A stretch of 64,000 nt of DNA from Vicugna vicugna (lineage: Eukaryota), in contig MU058824.1 of assembly GCA_013265495.1 (NCBI GenBank), positions 5,909,245 through 5,973,244 of the forward strand, read 5' to 3'. The position numbers were made by a program, and so were the translations under genes. The notes under the pieces are model-generated. The model was given only the letters and a program-made list of their open reading frames with translations. It made no database searches and was not told where the DNA came from. How positions within the stretch are numbered: the first letter of the stretch is position 1; every line of letters starts with the position of its first letter. Positions 62,996-64,000 of this stretch are shown here, one piece after another.

Positions 62996-64000
62996 ATTTA
63001 TATTTATGGTTATTATTTTTATGTAGCACAACACCTAGCTCATTAAATCCTTGCTCTTTAACTTCAGTTTTTACTTAGCAGAAATAAGAAAAACTATATA
63101 TGAGAGTTTTTTGTATTCATTAGCATTGCCAAAAATAATATGGGTTTTGTGCATATTGGGACCACTATACAATAGAAGATAATGGTATTCTGGTAAATAA
63201 GCATATTTCTTGAAATATAAGAAAGCTACTCATAAGGCTGCATTGAATATACTTCATTAATTTCTAAGTGGGAAATCATTATAAAAACAGTTCTGATGCA
63301 CTGCTAATGCAGAAACCAATAAAGCTAGATAGACATATCTTTTTAACTAAGACTTACTCAATATTGCTAGAAAACAGACATGTAGCTAGATCATTCTGGT
63401 TACAATGAGTCAAATTCTGTCTTTCTCTAGAGCTAATAATATGAAACTAAAGGAACTCAAAACTACCTAGCTAATTTTTTTCAAAATAACTGCATACTTT
63501 TTAATTTGTATTCTACATATATATGTAATTATTTTGTGTCAAGACACTATTAAGCTTTATCGATCAGGAAACCAAAACAATTTTCTCCTAAAGGTATATT
63601 TTGCAATTAACAGCATATTAACTGCTCCAGAACTAATCAGTGATCATTAAAATGTTCTTACTTTTAAATAGAGAGGAAAAACTTAAGAGAATTTAGTAAA
63701 CTAGTAAGCAAATAAATAAATATTTTAAAAAACAATCTGGAGGCTAAAAATATTGGAGTACACTAAATTTATGCTCAATCTTCTACACAGTTGGTACACT
63801 AGCAAGAATTTATAAAAGCAACCAAGTTTTTGGGTGGGAAATCTACAGCCACTGCTATTAGTTTCTGCTAACACTTCATCACAGAGCTATTAGGTGCTTG
63901 TATATTTTGTATATTTTTTATACAAATATAGAAATTTTGTATATTTTTTAACAGGACAAGTTCTCCTCTGTTTCCAGAGTTGTCTTAGCAATAGAATCTA

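Noticed and set aside
1..64000. All ORFs in the supplied track as genes
   Set aside because: They are short (149 aa or less), many start at non-ATG codons, and none resembles a protein I recognise except broken L1 ORF1/ORF2 pieces. No supportable multi-exon structure.

Overview
AT-rich, CpG-depleted mammalian non-coding DNA (intergenic or deep intron of a long gene). It is probably camelid: a tRNA-derived SINE at 54555 resembles the camelid Vic-1 family, and I saw no Alu, BovB/Bov-tA, PRE-1 or Can-SINE. I cannot support any intact protein-coding gene, RNA gene or CRISPR array; the ORFs provided are decayed L1 pieces or chance frames. Much of the window is interspersed repeat (L1, HAL1, L2, MIR, hAT MITEs, MaLR/ERVL solo LTRs). 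Family names come from recalled consensus sequences, not from a search. The best-resolved structure is a nested retroposon complex at 52.3-59.1 kb: an old L1 host holding a truncated L1, a twin-primed 5'-inverted L1 and a SINE that reused the same endonuclease site. A young L1 at 2.8-3.3 kb has a possible 3'-transduced tag. Several repeat-free, motif-dense islands (20.6-22.2 kb, 40.6 kb, 46.3-47.2 kb, 49.8-50.3 kb, 59.8-60.3 kb) look like candidate conserved enhancers. I found no convincing evidence of a previously undescribed biological system.
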